The notes below the pieces were generated by a model that did not search any database, was not told where the DNA came from, and saw only the letters and a program-made list of their open reading frames with translations. From Solirubrobacterales bacterium (GTDB lineage: Bacteria > Actinomycetota > Thermoleophilia > Solirubrobacterales > 70-9), in contig DATFOK010000102.1 in NCBI GenBank assembly GCA_035265665.1, positions 4,705-68,704 on the forward strand: a DNA stretch of 64,000 nt. Direction: 5' to 3'. The translations under genes and the position numbers were made by a program. Below are positions 17,584 through 26,933 of the stretch, one piece after another (the first letter of the stretch is position 1; each line of letters begins with the position of its first letter).

Positions 17584-17661
17584 TTCTTCTCCCCTCCTCG
17601 TGGTTTGGAGGCCCGACTCTATCCGGCGCCACGTCGGATAGGTTGCCGTGGACAATAAGCG

Positions 17662-18069
17662 GTGAAGGAGGAGGCGTTGGACGCAACACAACTGAAGCGC
17701 ATCCCACTGTTCGCGGATGCGTCCGATGAGGAGCTCGGGAAGGTGGCGGTCTTCGCGCAGTCGAAGGAGGTGTCCGAGGGAGAAGTCGTCGTCCAGGAGG
17801 GCGGCTTTTCGCGGGAGCTCCTCGCGATCGAGGAGGGAACGGCCGAGGTGACACGTGAGGGCCAGCGCATCGCCGACCTCGGGCCTGGTGACATCTTCGG
17901 CGAGGCGGGGATGCTCGATGACTCGATGCGCAGCGCCACAGTCACCGCCACCTCGAGGATGAGGCTGATCAGCCTCGGCCACTTCGAGGTGCAGCGGCTG
18001 AAGAAGGATGCTCCCGGCGTCTACCGGAGCATCGAGGAGCTGGTCGAGGCACGGAAGGCGCAGGGCTAG
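17662..18069 (+). CDS. Cyclic nucleotide-binding (cNMP) domain protein
   Basis: Sequence: IPLFADASDEELGKVA...VVVQEGGFSRELLAIEEG...GPGDIFGEAGMLDDSMRSATVTA. The start is GTG 17662 or TTG 17677 after AAGGAGGAGG. Confidence 0.85.
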   Translation: MKEEALDATQLKRIPLFADASDEELGKVAVFAQSKEVSEGEVVVQEGGFSRELLAIEEGTAEVTREGQRIADLGPGDIFGEAGMLDDSMRSATVTATSRMRLISLGHFEVQRLKKDAPGVYRSIEELVEARKAQG

Positions 18070-18908
18070 CCGATCGTCGTGCGCAGCTCGCCGAGGGTGC
18101 TCGAGCTGACCACGATCTTGTCGCCCCGCTCGAGCCAGACCCGAGGCTTTCGCAGGCTGCCCACGCCGGATGGCGTGCCAGTCGAGATGACGTCCCCGGG
18201 CTCGAGGGTCATCAACCGCGACAGCCGGGCAACGAGCTCGGCGACCGAGAAGATCAGGTCCGAGGTGGAGGCCTCCTGCCGGCGCTCCCCATTGAGCTCG
18301 AGCGTGAACGTGATCCCATCCGGCGGGCCCGCCTCGTCGGGAGTGACGAGCGCCGGGCCACAGGGCGCGGAGCCGTCGAAGACCTTGCCCGGCATCCACT
18401 GCGGCGTCGCGAACTGGAGGTCCCGGGCCGAGAGGTCGTTGAACAGCATGTAGCCGGCGACGGCGTCCAGGGCCTCCGCGGGATCCACCTCCTTGCATTG
18501 CCGCCCGACGACGAACGCGACCTCCGCCTCGTAATCGACCTTCTCGCTCGCTGCGGGCAGGGGGATGGTGGCTCCGGCGGGCGCGAGTGAGTTCCGGAAC
18601 TTGGCGAAGAAGGTCGGCTGCGCGGGCGGCTCGGCGCCCTGCTCCTCCGCATGGGAGCGATAGTTGAGCCCGATGCAGATGATCTTGTCGGGGTCGGGCA
18701 CGGGAGGGAGGAGCCGCATGCCGCTAGCGGGCTCGACGTCGTTCGCGAGCTTCGCGCGCTCCTCCAACGCGCCGAGGCGGCCCTCCTCGAGCAACCTGCG
18801 CACCTCCAGCGGCCGCTCCCCGAGGAGAGCGCCGGCGTCGAGGACGCCGTCGGCGATCTGCACCCCGGCGCAGATCCTCTGGTCGCCGCGATAGCTGACC
18901 AGTCTCAT
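18066..18908 (-). CDS. Fumarylacetoacetate hydrolase (FAH) family protein
   Basis: Sequence: KIICIGLNYRSHAEE...DYEAEVAFVVG...NDLSARDLQ...WMPGKVFDGSAPCGP...VISTGTPSGVG. Confidence 0.9.
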   Translation of the reverse strand: MRLVSYRGDQRICAGVQIADGVLDAGALLGERPLEVRRLLEEGRLGALEERAKLANDVEPASGMRLLPPVPDPDKIICIGLNYRSHAEEQGAEPPAQPTFFAKFRNSLAPAGATIPLPAASEKVDYEAEVAFVVGRQCKEVDPAEALDAVAGYMLFNDLSARDLQFATPQWMPGKVFDGSAPCGPALVTPDEAGPPDGITFTLELNGERRQEASTSDLIFSVAELVARLSRLMTLEPGDVISTGTPSGVGSLRKPRVWLERGDKIVVSSSTLGELRTTIG

Positions 18909-19024
18909 CGCCGTCGCACCCTAGTCCAGTCCGGCGCCGCGGCCTCCGGCGGGCGCGTTCGCTAGGTTCCCGCGCCATCAAGAGGGGGGAATCCCCGGAC
19001 CGGAATCGTCGAGGAGGCATTTGA

Positions 19025-19234
19025 ATGGCAGAAGGGACCGTGAAGTGGTTCAGCAGCGAAAAGGGGTTTGGGTTCATCACGCCGGATGACGGCAGCAAGG
19101 ACCTGTTCGTCCACTTCTCGAACATCTCCGGTGACGGCTACCGGTCGCTCAACGACGGCGCCCGGGTCAGCTTCGAGCCCGAGGAGGGCCCCCAGGGCCC
19201 TGTCGCGACCAACGTCACCGAGCTGAGCGGCTAG
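19025..19234 (+). CDS. Cold-shock protein (CspA family)
   Basis: [34 protein letters not shown] carries the RNP1/RNP2 motifs. 69 aa. Confidence 0.95.
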   Translation: MAEGTVKWFSSEKGFGFITPDDGSKDLFVHFSNISGDGYRSLNDGARVSFEPEEGPQGPVATNVTELSG

Positions 19235-19245
19235 CCTGCTTAGCT

Positions 19246-19264
19246 GCGGCGGACGCACCGCCGC
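19246..19264 (+). terminator. Hairpin downstream of csp (GCGGCGG-ACGCA-CCGCCGC), no U-tract
   Basis: A 7-bp GC stem 12 nt after the csp stop, directly before tRNA-Asp. Confidence 0.4.
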
Positions 19265-19272
19265 GCGCCCTC

Positions 19273-19346
<74 letters not shown>

Positions 19347-19362
19347 TTAGCCGTTCACTCAG

Positions 19363-20478
19363 CTAGCTCCCCAGCGACGAGCCGGCGAAGAAGAAGAACC
19401 AGACCTCGAACGCGAGCACGCCCGCGATGACGCAGACCATGACGACTCTCTCCGGCGCGCTCAGCGCGTAGCGCGTTCTGAGGTGATCGTCGAGCTCGCC
19501 GCGCATGCGGCGATACCACGGAGATGTCCGCGTCAGCGTTGCGGGACGCCCAGTCAGCTGGTCGTACTTCGCGTGTAGCCAGGCCAGGGCCCAGGCGAGC
19601 AGGAACGCCAGGACGGAGAGGACCACCAGAACCGTGAGGACCCCGCGGAGGCTGAGCACGCGTCCACCCTGAGCCTGGGAGCCGAGCCAGACCGCCAGGA
19701 GCGGGGCACCGGTCCAGACATTCACCGCCGCCAATCCGGTGGCGGCCACGATGGCGAGCCTCTTCAGACGCAGATGACGCCCGGCAGAGCCCGCGATCGC
19801 TGGTCCTGTCGCGGCCTCCGCGCCGTCCCTGTCGGCAAGGGCCGGCGCCGGCTCCTCGGGACGGGTATAGACGCGCATCCCCTCCGGTACGTCCAGCCGA
19901 AGGGCGTCGATGCCCCCAGGGACATCGTCGGCGAGCGTGAGGATCTGTTCAGGGGTGATCCCGCTCGAGTGCACCGTGACGGCGTTTGTCTCACCGCGCT
20001 GATGCGCTCTGAGGACCTCGATGGAGTCCGGCTGCATCGACGCGATGCCCGACGCGGCGATCTGCGGGGCAGCTCGGTCCAGCCCGAAGATCGCCTGGGA
20101 GCGCCGATAGTGCGCGGTGTCGGGTGACGTGACCCACAGCGCCCAGGAGGGGCCAACGTGAGTGCCGAGTGCGGCGAAGCCGAGGGTGCGACCGCCCGCA
20201 TCCCTGACCGGGAACATCACCCGGGAGCGAAAGTGAGCGTGGATACGGCCGCGGACCGATCGGTGCGCGAGCCCGGCGGTCACCAGCTCGTCGGTCGAAT
20301 AACCGAGGCCGCGGAGGTGGTCCATCATCTCGTCCGGACCGATCGGCGAAAAGCCCACGCCGAACTCGCGGATCACCTCCTCGTCGAGATCCGCTGCGGC
20401 GAGCGTGGCGCGAGCGGCGCTGCCGCTCGGTGAATCCCATAGGCATGCCTCGAAGAACCCGGCCGCGTCCGCCAGCAA
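19363..20478 (-). CDS. DnaG primase-like protein lacking a functional zinc ribbon, with a degenerate TOPRIM and three C-terminal TM helices
   Basis: Alignable by eye to the DnaG core: FRSRVMFPVRDAGGRTLGFAALG and SPDTAHYRRSQAIFGLDRA. The TOPRIM position reads ASMQPDSIEV where DnaG has VVEGYMDV. The C-terminus has three hydrophobic helices. TTG start at 20478; the frame stays open to 20613. Confidence 0.7.
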   Translation of the reverse strand: MLADAAGFFEACLWDSPSGSAARATLAAADLDEEVIREFGVGFSPIGPDEMMDHLRGLGYSTDELVTAGLAHRSVRGRIHAHFRSRVMFPVRDAGGRTLGFAALGTHVGPSWALWVTSPDTAHYRRSQAIFGLDRAAPQIAASGIASMQPDSIEVLRAHQRGETNAVTVHSSGITPEQILTLADDVPGGIDALRLDVPEGMRVYTRPEEPAPALADRDGAEAATGPAIAGSAGRHLRLKRLAIVAATGLAAVNVWTGAPLLAVWLGSQAQGGRVLSLRGVLTVLVVLSVLAFLLAWALAWLHAKYDQLTGRPATLTRTSPWYRRMRGELDDHLRTRYALSAPERVVMVCVIAGVLAFEVWFFFFAGSSLGS

Positions 20479-20617
20479 GAACCCAATGCGGTCCCCGCCG
20501 ACCTCCCTGGCCCGTATCTCCTGTGCTGCTTCGATACAGCCATGCTCCCAGAACGCGCTTAAGGTGGCATTAGGCCCGTACCGGTGCCTGCAGACGATCC
20601 CTCTCCGCGATGCTTAG

Positions 20618-21700
20618 GTGAGCATTCCCGCCGACTACGACATCACCGCTCCCGTACCCGCGCTGGAGGAGCTCCCTCAGGAGTTCCAGCCGAAGACCCT
20701 GCGTCGCCGCGCGCTGCAGGCGCTCGCCGCCCTCGCCGTGCTCGTCGCCGTTGTCCTCCTCGCGCCTGGGCTGGGAGAGGTGCGCGACCGGCTGGGCGAG
20801 GCGAGCCCGGGGTGGCTGGCCTTGGCCGCTGTCCTCGAGGGCCTCTCGTTCGGCTCCTATGTGGTCATGTTCGGGCCGATCTTCTGTACGGGCCTGGGTT
20901 GGCGACGAGCCTGGGAGATCGGCGGTTCGGAGCTCGCCATGGGCTCGCTCGTCCCCGCCAGCGGGGCGGGGGGCTTGGCGCTGGGAGCCTGGGTGCTCCA
21001 CCGCGGCGGCATGCCCGGCGAGCGCATCGCCCGCCGCTCCGTCGCCTTCTTCCTGATCAAGAGTGGGGTCAATTTTGTCGCCGTCGCCGTGATTGGGACG
21101 GTGCTCGCGCTCGGGTTGGTCGGCCCGGACCTCTCACTTTGGCTGACCGCCTTCCCGGCTGCGATGGCCACGCTCGCGATCGTGGCGGTGGCTTCCCTTC
21201 CGCGGCTGGGCTCGGGTCCCCGCCCTTTTCCCGGGCCGGATGCCTCCCGAACCGAGCGCTGGCTCAGCGCGACCCGGCGTGCGGTCGTACGCGGCATCAC
21301 GGAGGCGCGTGGCATCCTGCGTTCCGCCGACCGCCGCGTGCTCGCTGGCTCCTTCGGCTACTGGTTCTTCGACAACGCCGTGCTCTGGGCGACCTTCCAC
21401 GCCTTCGGACTGTCGCCGCCGATCACGGTGATCCTGATGGGCTACCTGATCGGGCAGCTCGGCGGGCTGATCCCGCTTCCGGGAGGCATCGGCGGGATCG
21501 ACCTCGGATTGATCGGCGTCCTGGTCGCGTACGGGACGTCCGCCGCCGGCACGGCCGCGGCGGTCTTCGCCTACCACGTGATCCTCTTCTGGCTGCCGCT
21601 GATCATCGGCGGGATCGCCTTCGCGACGCTGCGCCGGAACATGCCGAGCCGCGGGGAGTTCGCAAGCTGCGCGCCGGCGATTGCCGCGCAGTCGACCTAG
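20618..21700 (+). CDS. Flippase-like (UPF0104 / MprF transmembrane-domain family) membrane protein
   Basis: 360 aa polytopic protein. Sequence: WLALAAVLEGLSFGSYVVMF...GGSELAMGSLVPASGAGGLALGAWVL...GYLIGQLGGLIPLPGGIGGIDLGL. Confidence 0.7.
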   Translation: MSIPADYDITAPVPALEELPQEFQPKTLRRRALQALAALAVLVAVVLLAPGLGEVRDRLGEASPGWLALAAVLEGLSFGSYVVMFGPIFCTGLGWRRAWEIGGSELAMGSLVPASGAGGLALGAWVLHRGGMPGERIARRSVAFFLIKSGVNFVAVAVIGTVLALGLVGPDLSLWLTAFPAAMATLAIVAVASLPRLGSGPRPFPGPDASRTERWLSATRRAVVRGITEARGILRSADRRVLAGSFGYWFFDNAVLWATFHAFGLSPPITVILMGYLIGQLGGLIPLPGGIGGIDLGLIGVLVAYGTSAAGTAAAVFAYHVILFWLPLIIGGIAFATLRRNMPSRGEFASCAPAIAAQST

Positions 21701-21736
21701 CGCGGGCCTCGGCGGCGATCGGAGAAACTGCCCGCC

Positions 21737-23425
21737 ATGCGCGCGTGGCTCCTCGCCCCGATCGTCGGCCTGATCCTGCTCGTGCCGGCGGCGGCCCAGG
21801 CGTGCAGCGCAGGGTCCTTCGACCCCGCCGACCAGCCGCCATTCGGGGGTAAGGGGGCGACCCTCTCGGGGCCGCTCCCACCAGGCGCGATACCGGCGGG
21901 CTTCGAGCTCACCGCCGGGCGGGCAACCGCGATCGCCACCGAGGCCCTCGCGCCTGACGGGTCGGTCCGTCGTTTCGAGGTGCGCGCGCGCACGGGCCCC
22001 GGGACGGGTAGGCAATGGCAGGTCGACTACTTCGACCCGCAGGGCAAAGACGTCGGCCAAGTCGTGATCGACGATGCCGGAGCCTGTGTTCTTGAGAAGT
22101 GGACGGGGGAGCAGGTCGAGACGAAGCTCGCCCGCGGCTACGAGGGCGCGGTCGCCGGGAAGGTCAACAAGTGGTGGATCTGGCTGCCGCTCTGCGCCCT
22201 CTTCCTCGCTCCGTTCGTCGACCCGCGCAGACCGGTGCGGCTTCTTCACCTCGATCTGCTCGGGTTACTTGGTTTCAGCGCCTCGCTCTTCTTCTTCAAC
22301 AAGGCCGAGGTCGAGCTCTCGGTGGGACTCATCTACCCGGCGCTCGCCTACATCTTCGTGCGCATGCTGATCGCCGGCTTCCGGCCGAGGGAGACGCGTG
22401 ACCGGCTGGTCCCGTTCGCGCCCCGCGGTCTCCTCGTCGCCGGGATCGTCGCGCTCGTCGCATTCCACACCGCCTACATCGCGACGGAGGGCAAGGTGAT
22501 CGACGTCGGGCTCGCCGGCGTGGTCGGCGCCGATCGCCTCACCAGCGGGGAGGACGTCTACGGCGAGGGGGCATCATCGGGGACACCAGTTCGCGGCGAC
22601 GTCTACGGCCCGGTCAACTACCTCGCCTACGTGCCCTTCGAGCTCGCCTTCCCGTGGAGCGGGCACTGGGACGATGTCCCGGCGGCGAGTGCTGCGGCGC
22701 TCGGCTTCGAGCTGCTCACAGCTCTCGCCCTGTTCGGTCTCGGCCGCCGGCTGCGTCCGGGGGCCGAGGGCGCCACCCTCGGTGTCGCGCTGGCCTATGC
22801 CTGGCTCGCCTACCCATTCACGATGTACACGCTGGGCTCGAGCTTCAACGACGGCCTAGTGGCGCTGCTTGTCGTCTGCTGCCTGCTGCTGGTGACCTCG
22901 GCGCCGGCCCGGGGCGCGGCCTCCGCACTGGCGGGGCTGACCAAGTTCGGGCCATTGATCCTGGCCCCCCTCTTCGCTGCCGGCAACGGGGACCGGCGAA
23001 CTCGCCCGCTTGCCCTCTTCGCGATCGGCTTCCTTCTCACCGCGGTGGTGGTGACGACCCCCCTGCTGCCCGATGGCGGCTTCCGCGAGCTCTACGACCG
23101 CTCGCTCGGCTACCAGGCGTCGCGCGGCTCGCCCTTCAGCGTCTGGGGTCAGGCGCCCTCGCTCGACTTTCTGCAGACGGTGACGAAGGTGGCCGCGGTC
23201 GCGCTCGCGGCGACGCTCTTCTTCGTGCCCCGCCGACGCTCGACCGTGCAGCTCGCTGCGCTCGGCGCGGCGCTGCTGATCGCGGTCCAGGTGACCGCCA
23301 ACCACTGGTTTTATCCCTACGCGGTCTGGTTCGGCCCCCTGGTACTGATCGCGGTCTTCGCCCGTGAGCGGGGACCGGAGCCGACCGCGCGCAGGGGGCA
23401 TCACCCGACGGCCAGGCACGTCTAG
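21737..23425 (+). CDS. Polytopic membrane protein, probable GT-C glycosyltransferase (GT87/DUF2029-like) with an N-terminal PepSY-like domain
   Basis: Signal/TM segment, then RQWQVDYFDPQGKDVGQVVIDDAG (PepSY-like). More than 10 hydrophobic helices follow, with GDVYGPVNYLAYVPFE. The functional call is inference. Confidence 0.55.
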   Translation: MRAWLLAPIVGLILLVPAAAQACSAGSFDPADQPPFGGKGATLSGPLPPGAIPAGFELTAGRATAIATEALAPDGSVRRFEVRARTGPGTGRQWQVDYFDPQGKDVGQVVIDDAGACVLEKWTGEQVETKLARGYEGAVAGKVNKWWIWLPLCALFLAPFVDPRRPVRLLHLDLLGLLGFSASLFFFNKAEVELSVGLIYPALAYIFVRMLIAGFRPRETRDRLVPFAPRGLLVAGIVALVAFHTAYIATEGKVIDVGLAGVVGADRLTSGEDVYGEGASSGTPVRGDVYGPVNYLAYVPFELAFPWSGHWDDVPAASAAALGFELLTALALFGLGRRLRPGAEGATLGVALAYAWLAYPFTMYTLGSSFNDGLVALLVVCCLLLVTSAPARGAASALAGLTKFGPLILAPLFAAGNGDRRTRPLALFAIGFLLTAVVVTTPLLPDGGFRELYDRSLGYQASRGSPFSVWGQAPSLDFLQTVTKVAAVALAATLFFVPRRRSTVQLAALGAALLIAVQVTANHWFYPYAVWFGPLVLIAVFARERGPEPTARRGHHPTARHV

Positions 23426-23437
23426 CCGAGGCCGGTT

Positions 23438-23971
23438 CTAGAGGACTCCGCCTGCGGCGGGCGGCGCCGTCGGGTCATCGCCCTCGTCACCGATCTGCTC
23501 GCGCGCCAGGAACTCCTCGATCATCAGGGGACTGTCCTTCGCCTGCTCACAGACGTTGAGCAGGTCGGTCATCGACGAGACCTCCTCGACCTGCTCCTTG
23601 ACGAACCAGGCCAGGAACTGCTCGGCCCGGAAGTCGCCGGTGTCGCGGGCGAGCTTGAAGAGGTCGTTGATCTCATCGCTGACGCGCTTCTCCTGCTCGA
23701 GCGCCATCTTGACCGGGCCCGTCACGTCGTCGTAGGTGGTCTGCTGCGAGTTGATGTCGGGAATCCGGACCTCCTCGTCGGTGTCAAGCAGGTACTGGAC
23801 CATGGTCATCGCGTGGTTTCGCTCCTCGACCGCCTGACGGTAGAAGAACGCAGCCAGGCGGGGCAGCGTCTCGGCGTCGTAGAAGACGGCAGCCCCGACG
23901 TATTGCTGCGAGGCGGCGAACTCGTTCGAGATCTGCTCGTTGAGTGCGTCGGCGAAGTTCTGCTCTGCCAT
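23438..23971 (-). CDS. Ferritin (non-heme, Ftn/BfrB-like)
   Basis: Sequence: LNEQISNEFAASQQY...QAVEERNHAMTMVQYL...ALEQEKRVSDEI...FLAWFVKEQVEE (di-iron ferroxidase ligand pattern). Confidence 0.9.
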   Translation of the reverse strand: MAEQNFADALNEQISNEFAASQQYVGAAVFYDAETLPRLAAFFYRQAVEERNHAMTMVQYLLDTDEEVRIPDINSQQTTYDDVTGPVKMALEQEKRVSDEINDLFKLARDTGDFRAEQFLAWFVKEQVEEVSSMTDLLNVCEQAKDSPLMIEEFLAREQIGDEGDDPTAPPAAGGVL

Positions 23972-24004
23972 GGGCTGCAGACTAATCAGACCTGGCGACC
24001 GGGG

Positions 24005-25087
24005 TCACTCGCCCCAGCGGAAGCCCGTCCGCGTGGCCTCGGGATCGAGCGGGCTGGCGGGTAGGCCGGGCTCGGTCCCGGCGGTGTTGTAGCCGGACGG
24101 CGCGACATCGTTGGGCGTGTCGGGGTGGAAGAGCGAGGCGAGGTACTGGATGTGACCGCGGCCCGGGCCGAGCTCCCATTGCCCGCCGCCATAGGCGCGG
24201 ATCCCGTTCTCGTCGCAGTAGTCGTAGGCGGCGAAGAGCTCGTGCAGTGGGCCGAATCGCGACGGTTTGATGTTGACCATCTTCGGCGGCCAGGGCTGGG
24301 ACTGGATATCGGCCACCGAGTGGATCGGCGCGTCCCAGGTGACCCGTTCGGCGACCGGATCGAGAATCGGCTTGGTCTCGTCGTTGACGTCCGGGTCCTC
24401 GAGCCAGGCCGCGGGGAACGCCTCGATCAGCTTGCGATAGAGCTCGGGATCGGTCTCGACGTCGACCGGTGTGCCCTTGTACTGCCCCTTGAGATCGAGC
24501 GAGTCGACGGCCCCCGTCTCGACGAGCTGCCCGATCAGCTCATCGCTCCAGTCGTTGGTCGGGTCGAGCTTGAAGCGCAGGGTGGGGTAGATCTCGAGCC
24601 GCAGCCGGACCGGCTCGATCGTCGAGACCTCGTCCGAGCCGGGCGGGGTGAGCCGCATCGAGACCACGAAGGTGACCGGCTTGGCTTGCCGGCCGACCAC
24701 CTCGTGCAGGGAGGTCTCCGCCTGGCGCAGCGCCAGGTCGAGGGCGGCGCTCTCGAAGGCCCACCGTCGGTAGTTGGCCGAGACCTCGCGCTCGGGGGGC
24801 GTCGGGAACAGGTCGAGGCCCTCGAGTAGCTGGGAGAAGGAATCGATGGTGTGCTCGCCGGCGATCTCGAGCACCGGTCCGGCGTCCCGGAGGGCCACAT
24901 GATCGAGCGCGTCATAGACGACGTCCTCGCCCATGCCCTCCTGGCCGTCCCCCTTCAGGTGGATGATCGTGGTGAGGCGCTCGAACTCCATACCCGGCGG
25001 CTGGAACTGGAGTCCCTGGAGCTCGTAGGAGTCGATCTTCAGGGGGAGGTCCTTGATCTTGTCGTAGCTCGCCACGGCGCGGCACAC
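24005..25087 (-). CDS. Conserved hypothetical protein, possibly an enolase-superfamily-like barrel
   Basis: 360 aa with clean coding composition. Sequence: ...RWAFESAALDLALRQ...RFKLDP...VDSLDLKGQY...NIKPSRFG.... The fold assignment is a guess. Confidence 0.5.
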   Translation of the reverse strand: MCRAVASYDKIKDLPLKIDSYELQGLQFQPPGMEFERLTTIIHLKGDGQEGMGEDVVYDALDHVALRDAGPVLEIAGEHTIDSFSQLLEGLDLFPTPPEREVSANYRRWAFESAALDLALRQAETSLHEVVGRQAKPVTFVVSMRLTPPGSDEVSTIEPVRLRLEIYPTLRFKLDPTNDWSDELIGQLVETGAVDSLDLKGQYKGTPVDVETDPELYRKLIEAFPAAWLEDPDVNDETKPILDPVAERVTWDAPIHSVADIQSQPWPPKMVNIKPSRFGPLHELFAAYDYCDENGIRAYGGGQWELGPGRGHIQYLASLFHPDTPNDVAPSGYNTAGTEPGLPASPLDPEATRTGFRWGE

Positions 25088-25183
25088 TACAGACCACCGG
25101 AGCTCGGCCCGCGGCCGGACGTAACGCCGCCGGCAGCCGGGGGACGTAGGAGGCGTCGTCCAAAGCGGAGAAGGAGGAAAGGA

Positions 25184-25867
25184 ATGGCCGAGGAGCTCTC
25201 AGCCGATGCCGGTGCCGGCCTGAAGGCGCTGGGGCTGAACTGCACGCTCAAGAAGTCCCCCGAGAAATCGCATACCGAAGCGCTGATGAATCGCGTGCTC
25301 GAGCTTCTCGGGGAGCACGGTGTGGAGACCGAGCTCCTGCGGCCGGTCGACTACGAGATCAAGTTCGGCGTCACCTCGGATGAGGGCGATGGCGACGAAT
25401 GGCCCCAGGTCCTGGAGAAGATCAAGGCTGCCGACATCCTGCTGATGGGAATGTCGATCTGGTTCGGAGTGCGCTCCTCCGTCTGCCAGATGGTGATCGA
25501 GCGACTCGACGGGACCTACAACGAGCGCAATGAGGTGGGCCAGTACCCGCTCTACAACAAGGTCGCGGGCGTGGTCGTCACCGGCAACGAGGACGGGGCG
25601 CACGCGAGCGCCGAGACGACCCTCTTCAACATGACCCACCTCGGCTGCGTCGTGCCTCCCAACGCCGACACCTACTGGGTTGGCGAGGCCGGCCCGGGGC
25701 CGTCATACCTTGACGCCGGCGGGCCCGAGCACGAGTACACCCAGCGGACCAGCTCGTGGTGCGCCCACAACCTGCTCCACATGGCCCGGATCATGCGGGA
25801 GAACCCGATCCCGCCGATCGGCAACACCCTGGAGGAGATGGGCGGCGACGTGATGCACGTCGGCTGA
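25184..25867 (+). CDS. Flavodoxin-like fold NAD(P)H-dependent FMN reductase family protein
   Basis: ATG 25184 follows AAGGAGGAAAGGA. Sequence: LGLNCTLKKSP...ADILLMGMSIWFG...VVVTGNEDGAH. The longest ORF (24851) has a junk N-terminus. Confidence 0.8.
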   Translation: MAEELSADAGAGLKALGLNCTLKKSPEKSHTEALMNRVLELLGEHGVETELLRPVDYEIKFGVTSDEGDGDEWPQVLEKIKAADILLMGMSIWFGVRSSVCQMVIERLDGTYNERNEVGQYPLYNKVAGVVVTGNEDGAHASAETTLFNMTHLGCVVPPNADTYWVGEAGPGPSYLDAGGPEHEYTQRTSSWCAHNLLHMARIMRENPIPPIGNTLEEMGGDVMHVG

Positions 25868-25870
25868 CGG

Positions 25871-26335
25871 CTATGACGCCGCTACCACGAGGCCCGGGCC
25901 GGGGACGGCCTCGGCGTCTCTAGCGCCGACGTCCTCGCCGCATTTCGAGCAGCGCAGCTCCAGGGTGGGCTCGCCGCCGCAGTCCTTGTGGCGGATTTCC
26001 GCCCGCGGCCCCTCGCGCAGCCAGCGATCGCCCCAGTCCCGCAGCGCCATGAGCACGGGGTAGAGGTCGAGCCCCATCTCGGTGAGGCGGTAGCGATCGC
26101 GCGTGCGGACCGAGTCCTTGTAGGGCTCGCGCCGCAGCACGCCGGCCTCGACGAGACGGTTGAGCCGCTCGGAGAGAAGGGAGCGGGAGATCCCCAGGGT
26201 CTCCTGGAAGTCCTCGAAGCGCTTGATGCCGTTGAAGGCCTGGCGCAGGATGACCAGCGTCCATCGGTCGCCGAGCAGGGACGCGGGGCGGGCGATCGAG
26301 CAGTCCTGTTCTACGAGGTCCGCGGCGCGCATCAC
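25871..26335 (-). CDS. HxlR family transcriptional regulator
   Basis: Sequence: CSIARPASLLGDRWTLVILRQAFNGIKRFEDFQETLGISRSLLSERLNRLVEAGVL. Confidence 0.9.
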   Translation of the reverse strand: MMRAADLVEQDCSIARPASLLGDRWTLVILRQAFNGIKRFEDFQETLGISRSLLSERLNRLVEAGVLRREPYKDSVRTRDRYRLTEMGLDLYPVLMALRDWGDRWLREGPRAEIRHKDCGGEPTLELRCSKCGEDVGARDAEAVPGPGLVVAAS

Positions 26336-26356
26336 GGGCCAGCATAGCGGTGCTGC

Positions 26357-26379
26357 GTTCGGAATCCGAACCCTATATT
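26357..26379. promoter_or_regulatory. Candidate HxlR operator (GTTCGGA-A-TCCGAAC) abutting a TATATT -10-like box
   Basis: Perfect 7-bp arms at 26357-26371 and TATATT at 26374-26379. The half-site TGCGTTC recurs at 26354-26360 and 26381-26387. It lies between the divergent HxlR and tautomerase genes. Confidence 0.55.
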
Positions 26380-26441
26380 CTGCGTTCTCTTTCTGAACTC
26401 AAGGCCTGGCTCATCACGCCCGCCGCCAAGAGGAGGACCCG

Positions 26442-26933
26442 ATGCCGAAGCTCGAACTGACCATCCCCGCCGATGCGCTCTCGGAGGAGGATCAGCAGGC
26501 ACTGGGGCGCGACCTCGGCGCAGCCCTGCTGCGCTGGGAGGGAGCCCCGGACACCGACTTCTTCCGCTCGATCACCTGGACGCACGTCCACGCCCTGCCC
26601 GCCGCCTCGATGCAGACGCCGGACGGCGTCGCGGACCCGCACGCGGTGATCGAGATCAGCGTGCCCGACGGCGCCCTCAGCGAGAGGCGCAAGGCCGGGC
26701 TGGTCGAGGAGACCACGAAGTTGGTGCTTGCCGCGACCGGCTGGGATCCGGAGGCGTCGTGGCGCATCTGGACGCTGATCCGCGACGTCCCGGAGGGCAA
26801 CTGGGGGGCCGGGGGTCAGGTCGTCCACTTCGAGCAGCTTCGCGAAGCGGCGAAGGCCGAGCGCGAGAGCGCGGGCTCGGGCCGCCAGAAGGTCGACGCC
26901 ACGGCCGGTGCGGAGCAGCAGATCACGGCATGA
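26442..26933 (+). CDS. Tautomerase (4-oxalocrotonate tautomerase superfamily) protein
   Basis: Starts MPKLELTIP (Pro1). Two tautomerase-like halves. SD AGAGGAGGA lies upstream. ATGA overlap with the next gene. Confidence 0.65.
   Translation: MPKLELTIPADALSEEDQQALGRDLGAALLRWEGAPDTDFFRSITWTHVHALPAASMQTPDGVADPHAVIEISVPDGALSERRKAGLVEETTKLVLAATGWDPEASWRIWTLIRDVPEGNWGAGGQVVHFEQLREAAKAERESAGSGRQKVDATAGAEQQITA

Noticed and set aside
17584-18498. Upstream 305 codons of the 429-aa ORF 17209..18498
   Set aside because: It runs antisense to the cNMP-binding gene and out of frame through the FAH gene. Only the last 124 codons, after a strong SD, look coding.
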